From Syntrophales bacterium (lineage in GTDB: Bacteria > Desulfobacterota > Syntrophia > Syntrophales > UBA2185): a stretch of 64,000 nt of DNA. The translations under genes and the position numbers were made by a program. Positions 1 through 7,984 of this stretch are shown in pieces (the stretch's first letter is position 1; every line of letters starts with the position of its first letter). The notes under the pieces were generated by a model. It did no database searches and was not told the origin of the DNA. It saw only the letters and a list, made by a program, of their open reading frames with translations. The stretch spans positions 753 to 64,752 of the forward strand of contig JBEKOL010000016.1 of the NCBI GenBank assembly GCA_049521775.1, written 5' to 3'.

Positions 1-417
1 TTTTTGAGCGAGCCTACCCATGACGTCAGGGAAAAGATAACAGAATACCACATCTGCATCCCCGACATTCACATCCCAGAAATTCCGCAACCTCACCTCA
101 ATCCCTTCCACCCCGATGGTGCGCAGGCGCGCAAGTGCATACGCCAGAGGGTTTACCTCGAACCCGAGCGCCCTGACACCATAGCGCCGCTTCGCAGCAT
201 GGAGAACTCTCCCGTCCCCGCACCCGATATCAACAAGAAGATCGCCCGCCTTCATCGGCACATGATCGAGGAATGTCCTTACCCTGACATGGGCGGAGGC
301 GTGAAACATGGCTCCCTGCGTAATCGGGAATACAGAAAGAAGGGAAAAGGCGAAGAGAAATTTGCAGACAATGAGAATTCCCATTGCAACAAGAAGTATT
401 ATAATCCAGGATGGCAT
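1..417 (-). CDS. Class I SAM-dependent methyltransferase, N-terminal part (3' end runs off the window)
   Basis: Absent from the ORF track because it has no stop inside the window. A reverse-strand ATG at 417 gives MPSWIIILLVAMGILIVCKF (TM helix), then LLVDIGCGDGRVLHAAKRRYGVRALGFEVNP (SAM motif I GxGxG), then DADVVFCYLFP. The frame stays open to position 1. The + ORF 4..573 is its antisense shadow. Confidence 0.6.
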   Translation of the reverse strand, partial: MPSWIIILLVAMGILIVCKFLFAFSLLSVFPITQGAMFHASAHVRVRTFLDHVPMKAGDLLVDIGCGDGRVLHAAKRRYGVRALGFEVNPLAYALARLRTIGVEGIEVRLRNFWDVNVGDADVVFCYLFPDVMGRLAQK

Positions 418-493
418 ATTTATTCCCTTTATCATGGGAGCCCCGTCAGAGCTACAGTCATAGATTGGCGTAGCGCCCCCAGGGTAGATTTGT

Positions 494-1294
494 CTACTTC
501 AGGATGCGTTCGAGCTCTTCATGATAGAGCGGGAAGTCGCCCAGATTGTTATGCCCGCCGCCGGGAATTTTGATTAACCGGCTTTGCGTTCTAATAAGTT
601 TGAGGAGACGTTCACTTGAATTGTAAGGAACAATATCATCCTCTGCCCCGTGAAATAAGTGAACAGGACAGGGGACATCAGCAATCGACAAGTCGGTGCG
701 CATTGGATACTTGAGGATCAAAGCGACGAGCGTTGACGGCATGAAAGGATAGTGGTACTTGACCAGGTCCCGCATGTTGAAAATGGGCGACTCTAAAATG
801 AGCATGCGCGGCCTCGTCTCTTTTGCCAGATATGCTGCAATCCCCGTCCCGATTGATCTGCCATAGATGATAATCTGATTTTCGCGATAGCGCTCCTTGA
901 GATAGTTGTAAGCGACTGCAGCATCTCGGTGCAGCATTTCCTCGTTGCGTATCTTTCCTGTACTTTTTCCATAGCCCCTGTAATCCGGTATGAGCACATC
1001 GTAACTCAGCCTTGTAAAATCAAGGGCAACTTCGCCCCAGCCGCGGAGGTTTCCCGCGTTCCCGTGAAAATAGATGATGGCCCCTTTGGGATTGTCTGTC
1101 TTGAAATGCAGCGCATTGATGGTAGCACCGTCGACAGTGAGAGTCACTTCGTCGAAACGGGCGGGAAAACTGTATTGGAAGTCGGGCGGGAGGGCTTCAG
1201 GATAAAAAATCATGTTCTCTTGGCGGAAGTAAAAGACACCGCAGCCCACGACGAAGCCCAAAATAACTACTAATAGAATTTTCACGATCATCAT
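494..1294 (-). CDS. Alpha/beta hydrolase with N-terminal membrane anchor
   Basis: 266 aa. It has an N-terminal hydrophobic helix, an HGNAGN oxyanion region, a GRSIG nucleophile elbow (GxSxG), and C-terminal AEDD and GGGHN (Asp/His). AAGGA lies upstream of the ATG. Confidence 0.8.
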   Translation of the reverse strand: MMIVKILLVVILGFVVGCGVFYFRQENMIFYPEALPPDFQYSFPARFDEVTLTVDGATINALHFKTDNPKGAIIYFHGNAGNLRGWGEVALDFTRLSYDVLIPDYRGYGKSTGKIRNEEMLHRDAAVAYNYLKERYRENQIIIYGRSIGTGIAAYLAKETRPRMLILESPIFNMRDLVKYHYPFMPSTLVALILKYPMRTDLSIADVPCPVHLFHGAEDDIVPYNSSERLLKLIRTQSRLIKIPGGGHNNLGDFPLYHEELERILK

Positions 1295-1329
1295 CTTAAA
1301 TATCCTTAAGGTGGATGAGGTGAATATTT

Positions 1330-1920
1330 TTATCTATGGTATTTCCTTATCACTGCCGCAACGACGCCGCCGAGACGCAGTTCTGATTTCGGTCTGATGG
1401 CCTTATATTTCGGATTGGCTGCCTCGAGGATGATGTTCCTTCCTTCTTTCTGGAAGTATTTTATCGTCCATTCGCCATCCACTTCAGCAATAACAATATC
1501 GCCGTTTCGCGGTTCCCGCCCCCTTTCCACAATGACGAGATCGCCCTCCATGATCCCAGCTCCTGTCATGGAGTCGCCACTGACTGTGAGGAGAAAGGAA
1601 GATCCAGGCTGGGCAATAAGATACTCATCGAATGAGATTACATCACGGAGTTCTTCTTCAGCGGGAGAGGGAAAGCCGGCGGCGACTTCTCCGACCATAG
1701 GCAGGGCAAGAGAGCGACGAGTTGGCCTTAAAAACCCCCGCGCATCTTTTTCCAGCAATCCATTGGCAAGGAGCTTGTTTACCCAGAAATGGACAACGCT
1801 CTTAGACCTCACACCGAGGATATGGAGCATTTCGGAATAGGTCGGCATCCGCCTGTTCTCCCGGAAAAAGGCGGCAATTTTTTTCTCTACTGTCCTGATT
1901 GTTCTCCTTCCTTCTTGCAT
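1330..1920 (-). CDS. lexA: LexA repressor (S24 peptidase)
   Basis: 196 aa. It has an N-terminal wHTH, a VAAG cleavage region, the catalytic Ser in VSGDSM and the catalytic Lys in WTIKY. A LexA-type palindrome sits in its own promoter. Confidence 0.92.
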   Translation of the reverse strand: MQEGRRTIRTVEKKIAAFFRENRRMPTYSEMLHILGVRSKSVVHFWVNKLLANGLLEKDARGFLRPTRRSLALPMVGEVAAGFPSPAEEELRDVISFDEYLIAQPGSSFLLTVSGDSMTGAGIMEGDLVIVERGREPRNGDIVIAEVDGEWTIKYFQKEGRNIILEAANPKYKAIRPKSELRLGGVVAAVIRKYHR

Positions 1921-1926
1921 GATGGG

Positions 1927-1956
1927 ATTCTATTAGAACTGCCGTTCTAATGTCAA
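1927..1956 (-). promoter_or_regulatory. lexA promoter with embedded LexA box; probably leaderless
   Basis: Read on the - strand: TTGACA (1956-1951), T, TAGAAC-GGCA-GTTCTA (1949-1934), A, TAGAAT (1932-1927), cccatc, ATG (1920). The perfect -35 and the 5/6 -10 are separated by 18 nt. The GAAC-N4-GTTC palindrome fills the spacer. Only 6 nt separate the -10 from the ATG and there is no SD. Confidence 0.65.
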
Positions 1957-2192
1957 GAAATATATTCTTGCGAATACTGCATTGCCTCCATAAGGAACGG
2001 CGTGATAAATACTCGACAGCCCCGTGGGAGACAGATTTATTGAAGCTCTCCGCAGCAAGCTGCGTAGGATGATCGATTTTTAGGGAACGGCATCGTTCGA
2101 CATTCGCTCGCTACCGAATTCATGATGGGTTTAATCACTGATGATCTTGACACAAGACAAAATATCAACAACAAATTGGGTGGCAATACCAG

Positions 2193-3419
2193 GTGAAATA
2201 TCTTAACAAAAGGGCGGCAATCCGGCCAATTATGGGACAATTTGACCGCAACCGGAGCTACCGGCGGGCAGTCGTGATTCCGGCATTAGCGGAAAGAATG
2301 TACCTGCCTTTAACAATCGAATCGCTGTCGAACACTGTGCCGGCTGATATTCTCGACGATACCCTTGTTCTGGTGGTCGTGAATAATCGCCCGCCGGAAT
2401 TGGGTGACGCGGTAGATCAGATTGAACTTATGGAACAGACAGATGATAACGCGCAGACGCTGAAGTGGCTTGAAGATAAAGGTCATAATAGAGCGTTTCC
2501 TCTCGCCTGGATCGATGCATCTTCCGCCGGACATGAACTTCCACACTGGGGGGGTGTAGGACTTGCCCGAAAGATCGGATGTGATAGTGTGCTTGCTTTT
2601 CTATGGGCGTCGAATAAAACAATTGCCCTCGATGACTTTATTTTCTTCAGTCTTGACGCAGACACCATCGTATCTCCCGACTACCTGGACACTGCCGGAC
2701 ATAAGCTCCGCAAGAGCGGATGCACGGGAGGGGTCATATCTTTTAAACACCAGGAGGCGGACTCTCCTGAAAGGCAGGCTGCCATTGATGAGTATGAAGC
2801 ATTTCTGAATTACTATGTCGCGGGTCTCCGCTGGGCCGGTTCACCTTACGCCTTTCACACCATTGGCTCCTGCCTGTGCTTTACCGCTTCCGGTTATATC
2901 CGCGCCAACGGTTTTGCGGCCCGCAGGCAGGCGGGAGAAGACTTCTACTTCTGCGTGGAGATCGCGAAAACTGGCGCTATCTGTGAAATACAAAATACCA
3001 TGGTCTTTCCCTCGGCCCGCATCTCCCGACGTGTGCCATTCGGCACCGGCAAGCGCATGGCTGAAGCGACACTCAAAGGCGGAGAGGCACTCCTCGCATA
3101 CGATTTCCGTGTGTTCGTCTGTCTGCGTGAACTCCTTGCAGCAGTATCTACCCACGCTGATGAGGGGGCTGCACGGATCTTCGCCGAACTTACGAGTCCC
3201 GACACCAGGGGATTTTTGGAGAGTCGCGGATTTCGGGACATCTGGGGACGCTTCCAGAGGCAGTATAAGACCAGAGATGCATTGCTGGCAGCTTTCCACC
3301 GCTGGTTCGATGGATTCGTCACTCTTAAGTATATCCATTGGCTGACGGAAAAACAATGGCCACGGCGGCCCTTGGAGGAAATTTATAAGGCAGATTTTTA
3401 CCGGAGCCGTAATGCATGA
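2193..3419 (+). CDS. Glycosyltransferase, GT-A fold (family 2-like)
   Basis: 408 aa. The sequence reads VVIPALAE...LVLVVVNNR... with a LDADT (DxD) motif and then AGEDFYF. The start is uncertain: GTG at 2193 or ATG at 2232. Confidence 0.55.
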   Translation: MKYLNKRAAIRPIMGQFDRNRSYRRAVVIPALAERMYLPLTIESLSNTVPADILDDTLVLVVVNNRPPELGDAVDQIELMEQTDDNAQTLKWLEDKGHNRAFPLAWIDASSAGHELPHWGGVGLARKIGCDSVLAFLWASNKTIALDDFIFFSLDADTIVSPDYLDTAGHKLRKSGCTGGVISFKHQEADSPERQAAIDEYEAFLNYYVAGLRWAGSPYAFHTIGSCLCFTASGYIRANGFAARRQAGEDFYFCVEIAKTGAICEIQNTMVFPSARISRRVPFGTGKRMAEATLKGGEALLAYDFRVFVCLRELLAAVSTHADEGAARIFAELTSPDTRGFLESRGFRDIWGRFQRQYKTRDALLAAFHRWFDGFVTLKYIHWLTEKQWPRRPLEEIYKADFYRSRNA

Positions 3420-3431
3420 TTTGAACCTGTG

Positions 3432-3448
3432 CCTGCCGTACCGGCAGG
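3432..3448. terminator. Hairpin between convergent genes (possible bidirectional terminator)
   Basis: CCTGCCG-TAC-CGGCAGG is a perfect 7-bp stem. It lies between the glycosyltransferase stop (3419) and the stop of the 108-aa gene (3459). There is no clear U-run. Confidence 0.35.
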
Positions 3449-3458
3449 AGGAATATCA

Positions 3459-3785
3459 TCAGCCTTGATATATCCCTGGTATTATGCCTGTCAATTCGAC
3501 GTCTACACCATGCTCCGCGAGCATCCTGAGAATATCCAGAAGTCCGTATGACCCGTCCGGAACTACTTCTACGGCATCGGCCGTCTGCTCGAAGATCAGC
3601 CCCTTTTTCTTAAGCACGTCCGCGGCCTTATCAAGATTGCTCACCATGAGCCTGAGGATGCTGAGATCCGAGGTATAGGCGAGAGGCAGAATCCTCGCAT
3701 TAATACGCGCATCGGCGTGCATCCAGGTGCCGTTCACGCATCCATTCTTCCTCTCAAGGAATATGGGTATATATTCTGTTTCCAT
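3459..3785 (-). CDS. Hypothetical protein, possibly ACT-like small-molecule-binding fold
   Basis: I prefer the ATG at 3785 (METEYIPIF..., 108 aa) because GGGAGA lies 8 nt upstream. The track start at 3839 would overlap the rubrerythrin stop. It is the last gene of the perR-rbr string. The fold call is a weak impression only. Confidence 0.45.
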   Translation of the reverse strand: METEYIPIFLERKNGCVNGTWMHADARINARILPLAYTSDLSILRLMVSNLDKAADVLKKKGLIFEQTADAVEVVPDGSYGLLDILRMLAEHGVDVELTGIIPGIYQG

Positions 3786-3835
3786 GTTTCCGTCTCCCTT
3801 GGAGACTGTGTAGTGATGAAGCTTTGCATTCAGAA

Positions 3836-4333
3836 TCAATCAGCCCGCCGGAACAATGACCCTTTGGTTCCACACACGGGACATATGGCCGGCGCTTCCT
3901 TTTCCGCCGTCAATCCGCAGACGGGACAGATATAATAGGGATAGGTCTCCTGAGATTTCCCCAGGCTGTCCAGAAGACTTTGATAAAGCTGGGCGTGAAT
4001 CTTTTCCACCTCATTGGCATAGCTGAACGATCTTTGCCCTACCTTATGTCCTTCCGCCTTGGCCGCTTCGATCATCTCCGGATACATCTTCGTAAACTCA
4101 TGGGTCTCGCCGGCAACAGCCTCCAGAAGATTTTCCCTGGTGCTCCTTATGCCGTTGAGTGCCCGAAGGTGACTGTGGGCATGGATTGTTTCAGCCTCCG
4201 CCGCAGCCCGAAAGAGACGTGCAACCTGTGGATAACCTTCCTGGTCAGCCTTAGCTGCAAAGGCCAGGTACTTGCGATTCGCCTGGGATTCCCCCGCAAA
4301 TGCTTCTTTCAGATACTGTTCTGTCTTGGACAT
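3836..4333 (-). CDS. rbr: Rubrerythrin
   Basis: 165 aa. It has the diiron four-helix motifs (EAFAGESQANRKY, ExxH twice) and a C-terminal rubredoxin-type CPVCG...CPVCG. AGGAGGTGG is the SD. Confidence 0.92.
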   Translation of the reverse strand: MSKTEQYLKEAFAGESQANRKYLAFAAKADQEGYPQVARLFRAAAEAETIHAHSHLRALNGIRSTRENLLEAVAGETHEFTKMYPEMIEAAKAEGHKVGQRSFSYANEVEKIHAQLYQSLLDSLGKSQETYPYYICPVCGLTAEKEAPAICPVCGTKGSLFRRAD

Positions 4334-4351
4334 TATTCCACCTCCTGAAAA

Positions 4352-4765
4352 TTATTTTTTGGACTTTTCCCTCCGTTTACACTTCAGGCAAACTCCGTAG
4401 AAATCGACATGGTTTCCCATTATTTCATAGTCACACCTTTCGCCATCCGTTAAATCGAGCGCAAAATTCCGATGAATATCAGTAATCGCCTTGCATTCCA
4501 TGCATATTAAATGATGATGCGGTTTTGTGTTCGGATCGAAGCGCTTTTTCTTGGAGTCAATGGATAATTCGAGAACCTGCATTTTTTCCTTCAGGGTATC
4601 CAGGGTATTATATACTGTTGCAAAGGACATCATAGGGTACTTTTCAGATACCGCCTTATATATATCGCTTGCGGACGGATGCGCTTTATTGCCCTCGAGG
4701 TATTCGAGGATGGCAAGCCTCTGAGGGGTAAGTCTTATGGGGTATTTATTTTTCTTGTATGTCAT
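4352..4765 (-). CDS. Fur-family transcriptional regulator (PerR-like)
   Basis: LTPQRLAILEYL is the DNA-binding helix. The HHHLIC metal site and two CxxC pairs (CMEC, CLKC) are present. I prefer the ATG at 4765 (137 aa) because the track start at 4792 lies inside the promoter -10/operator. Confidence 0.85.
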   Translation of the reverse strand: MTYKKNKYPIRLTPQRLAILEYLEGNKAHPSASDIYKAVSEKYPMMSFATVYNTLDTLKEKMQVLELSIDSKKKRFDPNTKPHHHLICMECKAITDIHRNFALDLTDGERCDYEIMGNHVDFYGVCLKCKRREKSKK

Positions 4766-4782
4766 TCGCCGTACCTTATACT

Positions 4783-4818
4783 CTATAATCATTATAATAT
4801 AAGAATCATTCTTGTCAA
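4783..4818 (-). promoter_or_regulatory. Consensus sigma-70 promoter of perR-rbr overlapped by two Fur-family 7-1-7 boxes
   Basis: On the - strand, TTGACA (4818-4813) and TATAAT (4796-4791) are separated by 16 nt. Box 1, cTATAATcATTATAa (4783-4797), matches the B. subtilis PerR-box consensus TTATAATNATTATAA at 14/15. Box 2 is TAAGAATcATTCTTG (4800-4814). Confidence 0.6.
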
Positions 4819-4910
4819 GAACTCTTAAGATTTTTTTGACCGTTAAGGAAAGGCCATCAATTCCAAATGCTTGTTCTCTGTTATGTGTTTTTTGACATAA
4901 TTACAATTAC

Positions 4911-4938
4911 TTGACAATTTTTACATAACAGATAAAAT
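4911..4938 (+). promoter_or_regulatory. Candidate sigma-70 promoter for the AOR gene
   Basis: TTGACA (4911-4916), 16 nt, then TAAAAT (4933-4938) in an AT-rich intergenic region. This implies a leader of about 160 nt. Confidence 0.4.
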
Positions 4939-5107
4939 ACTCATATGTACGTATCAACTGTATCAGTTCATTTCTTCTTTTAATATTCTTATTTATTAGA
5001 AACTTGATGGTTGATAGTCTCTTAGGTTTATCTAAAAATCTTGCCGGGATTCAGGACCTCAGTGGCCCTAAATTGCTGCGCAATCCTACTGCGAAAGGAG
5101 GGTGTCG

Positions 5108-6844
5108 ATGGACAAAATTCTTAGAATCAACATGGGGGCCGAAGGCGGTCCAAAAGTAAGTGTCGTTCCATTGGGGGAGTATGCCGGGTTGGGGGGCAGG
5201 GCCATGACCTCCTCTGTTATTTCCAAGGAAGTGCCACCGCTGTGTCATCCATTGAGCGAAGATAATAAACTTGTTATCGCGCCGGGAATGCTGAGCGGAA
5301 CAAGTGCCTCCCAGTCGGGGCGCATTTCAGTGGGCTGCAAGAGCCCGTTGACAGGCACGATCAAAGAGTCCAATTCGGGAGGGCAGCCCTCACAGGTGCT
5401 GGCGCGATTGGGCTATGCCGCGATCATCCTGGAAGGAAAGCCCAAAGAAGGCAATCTCTATAAGATCTTCATCAACAAGGACGGAGTGAAGATAAAACCC
5501 GACAGCAGCCTCTCTATGCTGGGCAATTATGACCTGGTGGAAAAGATGAAGAAGGAGTATGGCGACAAGATCGCGTGCATCTCCATCGGACCGGCGGGCG
5601 AAATGAAGATGTCCGCCGCCTCAGTGGCCTTTACGGATATGGAACAGCGGCCTACCCGCCATGCCGGGAGAGGCGGACCCGGGGCGGTTATGGGCGCCAA
5701 GGGAGTGAAGGTCATAGTCCTCGACGACACGGGTTTGTCGAACCGTACTGCCAAAGACCCGGAGAAGCTCAAAACGGCCAATAAGGCATTTGTTGATGGT
5801 CTGAGGAAACATCCTGTTACCGGCGAGGGACTTCCCGCGTTTGGGACCAACGTACTGGCCAATGTAATCAATGAAGCAGGCGCATATCCGACCAATAACT
5901 TCCTTGTGGGACGCTTTCCGGGAACCTCCAAGATCAGTGGGGAAACGCAGGCTGAAACGGAAAAAGCCCGCGGCGGCATTCCCACCCACGGCTGTCACCG
6001 GGGATGCGTGATCCAGTGTTCGGGAGTTTACATGGACAAGGATGGTCATTACCTGACCAAGCAGCCGGAATATGAGACGGTCTGGGCCCACGGCGCGAAC
6101 TGCGGTATCGACGATCTGGATGCGATTGCCATGATGGACCGCCTGGACGACGATTACGGCATTGATACCATCGAGATGGGAGCAACCATTGGGGTCGCCA
6201 TGGAGGCAGGGCTGGCAAAATTCGGCGATGGCGAGGCAGCCATCAGGCTCGTCAAGGAAGTAGGGAAAGGCACGGACCTGGGACGCATACTGGGGAACGG
6301 GGCCGCCGTGACCGGTAAGGTGTTCGGCATCGAGAGGGTTCCCGTGGTCAAGGGGCAGGCCATGCCTGCGTACGATCCACGCGCTGTTCAGGGTATCGGG
6401 GTCACCTATGCCACCAGCACTATGGGCGCCGATCATACGGCGGGATACGCGGTTGCCACAAATATCCTCAAGGTTGGGGGGTATGTGGATCCACTGAAGC
6501 CGGAAGGGCAGATCGACCTCTCCAGAAATCTACAGATTGCGACTGCGGCCATTGACTCAACAGGCATGTGCCTTTTCATTGCCTTTGCGGTCTTGGATCA
6601 GCCGGACACATTCCAGGCGCTCATCGATATGCTCAATGCCTTTTATGGCCTGAACTTGACTGCCGATGACGTGGTTGCACTCGGCAAGAGTGTGCTGATG
6701 ATGGAGCGGGACTTCAATGCCCGTGCAGGTTTCACGGCAAAACATGACCGGCTGCCCGAGTATTTCAAGAAGGAACCTCTTCCGCCCCATAATGTGACGT
6801 TCCAGGTGACAGACGCAGATCTGGACAGGGTGTACAACTGGTAG
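5108..6844 (+). CDS. aor: Aldehyde:ferredoxin oxidoreductase (tungstopterin AOR family)
   Basis: AOR hallmarks are present: GRGGPGAVMGAKGVK, the Cys cluster GCHRGCVIQC, and DSTGMC (the fourth 4Fe-4S ligand region). The ATG at 5108 is preceded by AGGAGGG. The GTG at 5102 in the track is unlikely. Confidence 0.9.
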   Translation: MDKILRINMGAEGGPKVSVVPLGEYAGLGGRAMTSSVISKEVPPLCHPLSEDNKLVIAPGMLSGTSASQSGRISVGCKSPLTGTIKESNSGGQPSQVLARLGYAAIILEGKPKEGNLYKIFINKDGVKIKPDSSLSMLGNYDLVEKMKKEYGDKIACISIGPAGEMKMSAASVAFTDMEQRPTRHAGRGGPGAVMGAKGVKVIVLDDTGLSNRTAKDPEKLKTANKAFVDGLRKHPVTGEGLPAFGTNVLANVINEAGAYPTNNFLVGRFPGTSKISGETQAETEKARGGIPTHGCHRGCVIQCSGVYMDKDGHYLTKQPEYETVWAHGANCGIDDLDAIAMMDRLDDDYGIDTIEMGATIGVAMEAGLAKFGDGEAAIRLVKEVGKGTDLGRILGNGAAVTGKVFGIERVPVVKGQAMPAYDPRAVQGIGVTYATSTMGADHTAGYAVATNILKVGGYVDPLKPEGQIDLSRNLQIATAAIDSTGMCLFIAFAVLDQPDTFQALIDMLNAFYGLNLTADDVVALGKSVLMMERDFNARAGFTAKHDRLPEYFKKEPLPPHNVTFQVTDADLDRVYNW

Positions 6845-6871
6845 GTAAAATTCTCTCAGAGTGTGTATTCG

Positions 6872-6909
6872 ACGGGGTGGCCTGAAACGGGCCGCCCCGT
6901 TCGTTTATC
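6872..6909 (+). terminator. Stem-loop after aor (terminator/attenuator)
   Basis: ACGGGGUGGCC-ugaaacg-GGCCGCCCCGU is an 11-bp stem with one G-U pair, followed by UCGUUUAUC. Confidence 0.5.
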
Positions 6910-6929
6910 AGGAAGAGGAAGTGTCATAG

Positions 6930-7568
6930 ATGACCCGTCATGAGAAATCCAATGGGAAGACGATTTTCAAGAGTACCTCTCCAAGACATATTTCACTGAC
7001 AGTCGAGGCCAGCCTGATCCCGGCCTTTTCTCAGCTCTTGCAGAACGGATTTTGGATCAAGGGATATGTGGGATGCAGCGTTAAATCATTTCTCTGTGAA
7101 CAATTCGGCCTGTCACCTGAATATCTTGAAAAGAGGATCCAAACGATATTCCTGGATGGAGACGCTGTTGATGATGTGGAGAGAGCTACAGTCGAGGATG
7201 GCGCCACGCTTTCCCTTTCCGCCGCCATGCCGGGCTTGGCCGGGGCGGTGTTGCGCAAGGGGGGCTACTATGCGGCAATGCGCGACCAGATCTCTTTCAA
7301 GGGGGAGACAACGTCAGCTTCCATGCAGGCCGGCAGGGTTTTAGTGAAACTATTCAACATGCCGCTTCAGGAACTGGGGCCGATCTTTTTAAAAGATGGC
7401 GTCTGGGTCGAAAGTGACAAGTTTAAGGATATCCTCAAAGCTCGGGCAGATGATTTCCAAAGAGGCTGTGGGCAGGTCCTTGCAGATGGCCGGCAATTTG
7501 AGTTCAAACAATTTCTGGAAATGGATTGGGGAAGGGGAGATATTTTCTTACAGGTCAAAGCAGTCTAA
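6930..7568 (+). CDS. Hypothetical protein (212 aa) in the AOR cluster
   Basis: No family recognised. The segment IFLDGDAVDDVERATVEDGATLSLS resembles the C-terminal strand pattern of beta-grasp carriers but has no terminal GG. The stop TAA (7566-7568) overlaps the stop of the convergent MoaD-like gene. Confidence 0.5.
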   Translation: MTRHEKSNGKTIFKSTSPRHISLTVEASLIPAFSQLLQNGFWIKGYVGCSVKSFLCEQFGLSPEYLEKRIQTIFLDGDAVDDVERATVEDGATLSLSAAMPGLAGAVLRKGGYYAAMRDQISFKGETTSASMQAGRVLVKLFNMPLQELGPIFLKDGVWVESDKFKDILKARADDFQRGCGQVLADGRQFEFKQFLEMDWGRGDIFLQVKAV

Positions 7569-7807
7569 CCACCGGCTACCGGCGGAAAAACACCCACCCT
7601 GTCCCCGTCTCTTAAGACTTCATCGCCTGTGGCATGCAGGCCGTTCAAAAAAATCATTTTGATTTTATCAATGGGGAGCTCCATGCGGTTTAGGAGTTCC
7701 ATGATCGTTGTCCCTTCGGCCACGTCCAGCATACGATGACTATGGCTTCCGGTCTTATCCGGTGCATATCGTGCGAGGGAAGCAAATAGATTTATTTCAA
7801 CTTTCAT
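7565..7807 (-). CDS. MoaD/ThiS-family beta-grasp sulfur carrier (C-terminal GG)
   Basis: MKVEINLFASLARY...LRDGDRVGVFPPVAGG followed by a stop is the classical MoaD pattern, and the 80-aa length fits. The track start at 7921 would add 38 non-homologous residues. Confidence 0.85.
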   Translation of the reverse strand: MKVEINLFASLARYAPDKTGSHSHRMLDVAEGTTIMELLNRMELPIDKIKMIFLNGLHATGDEVLRDGDRVGVFPPVAGG

Positions 7808-7984
7808 ACCGTGCGGTAATGACAATTTTTTTGAAGTATCAAGATCATTATAAACCTTATCTCTCCTTTCCTCAAATATTTTGTGGAGTGGAGAGGATAA
7901 CTGATTTATATTATTGCCCATAGGTCAGGAATAGTCTGTGACATATGCCGCATGGTAAAATCCCCGCATTAACGAGGAACGAAA

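Noticed and set aside
4-573. 189-aa + strand ORF at the left edge
   Set aside because: It has no recognisable domain and a low-complexity, basic composition. It lies exactly antisense to a reverse-strand frame with a clear SAM-methyltransferase motif (VDIGCGDG) and to the 3' end of the hydrolase gene, so it is a shadow ORF.
4945-5107. Long (~160 nt) leader of the tungsten AOR gene as a possible Moco/Wco riboswitch
   Set aside because: The 3' end (CUGCGAAAGGAGGG) superficially resembles the SD-sequestering end of the Moco motif. I cannot find the conserved core elements I remember, and the leader is mostly AT-rich and unstructured. A cmscan against Rfam RF01055 would settle it.
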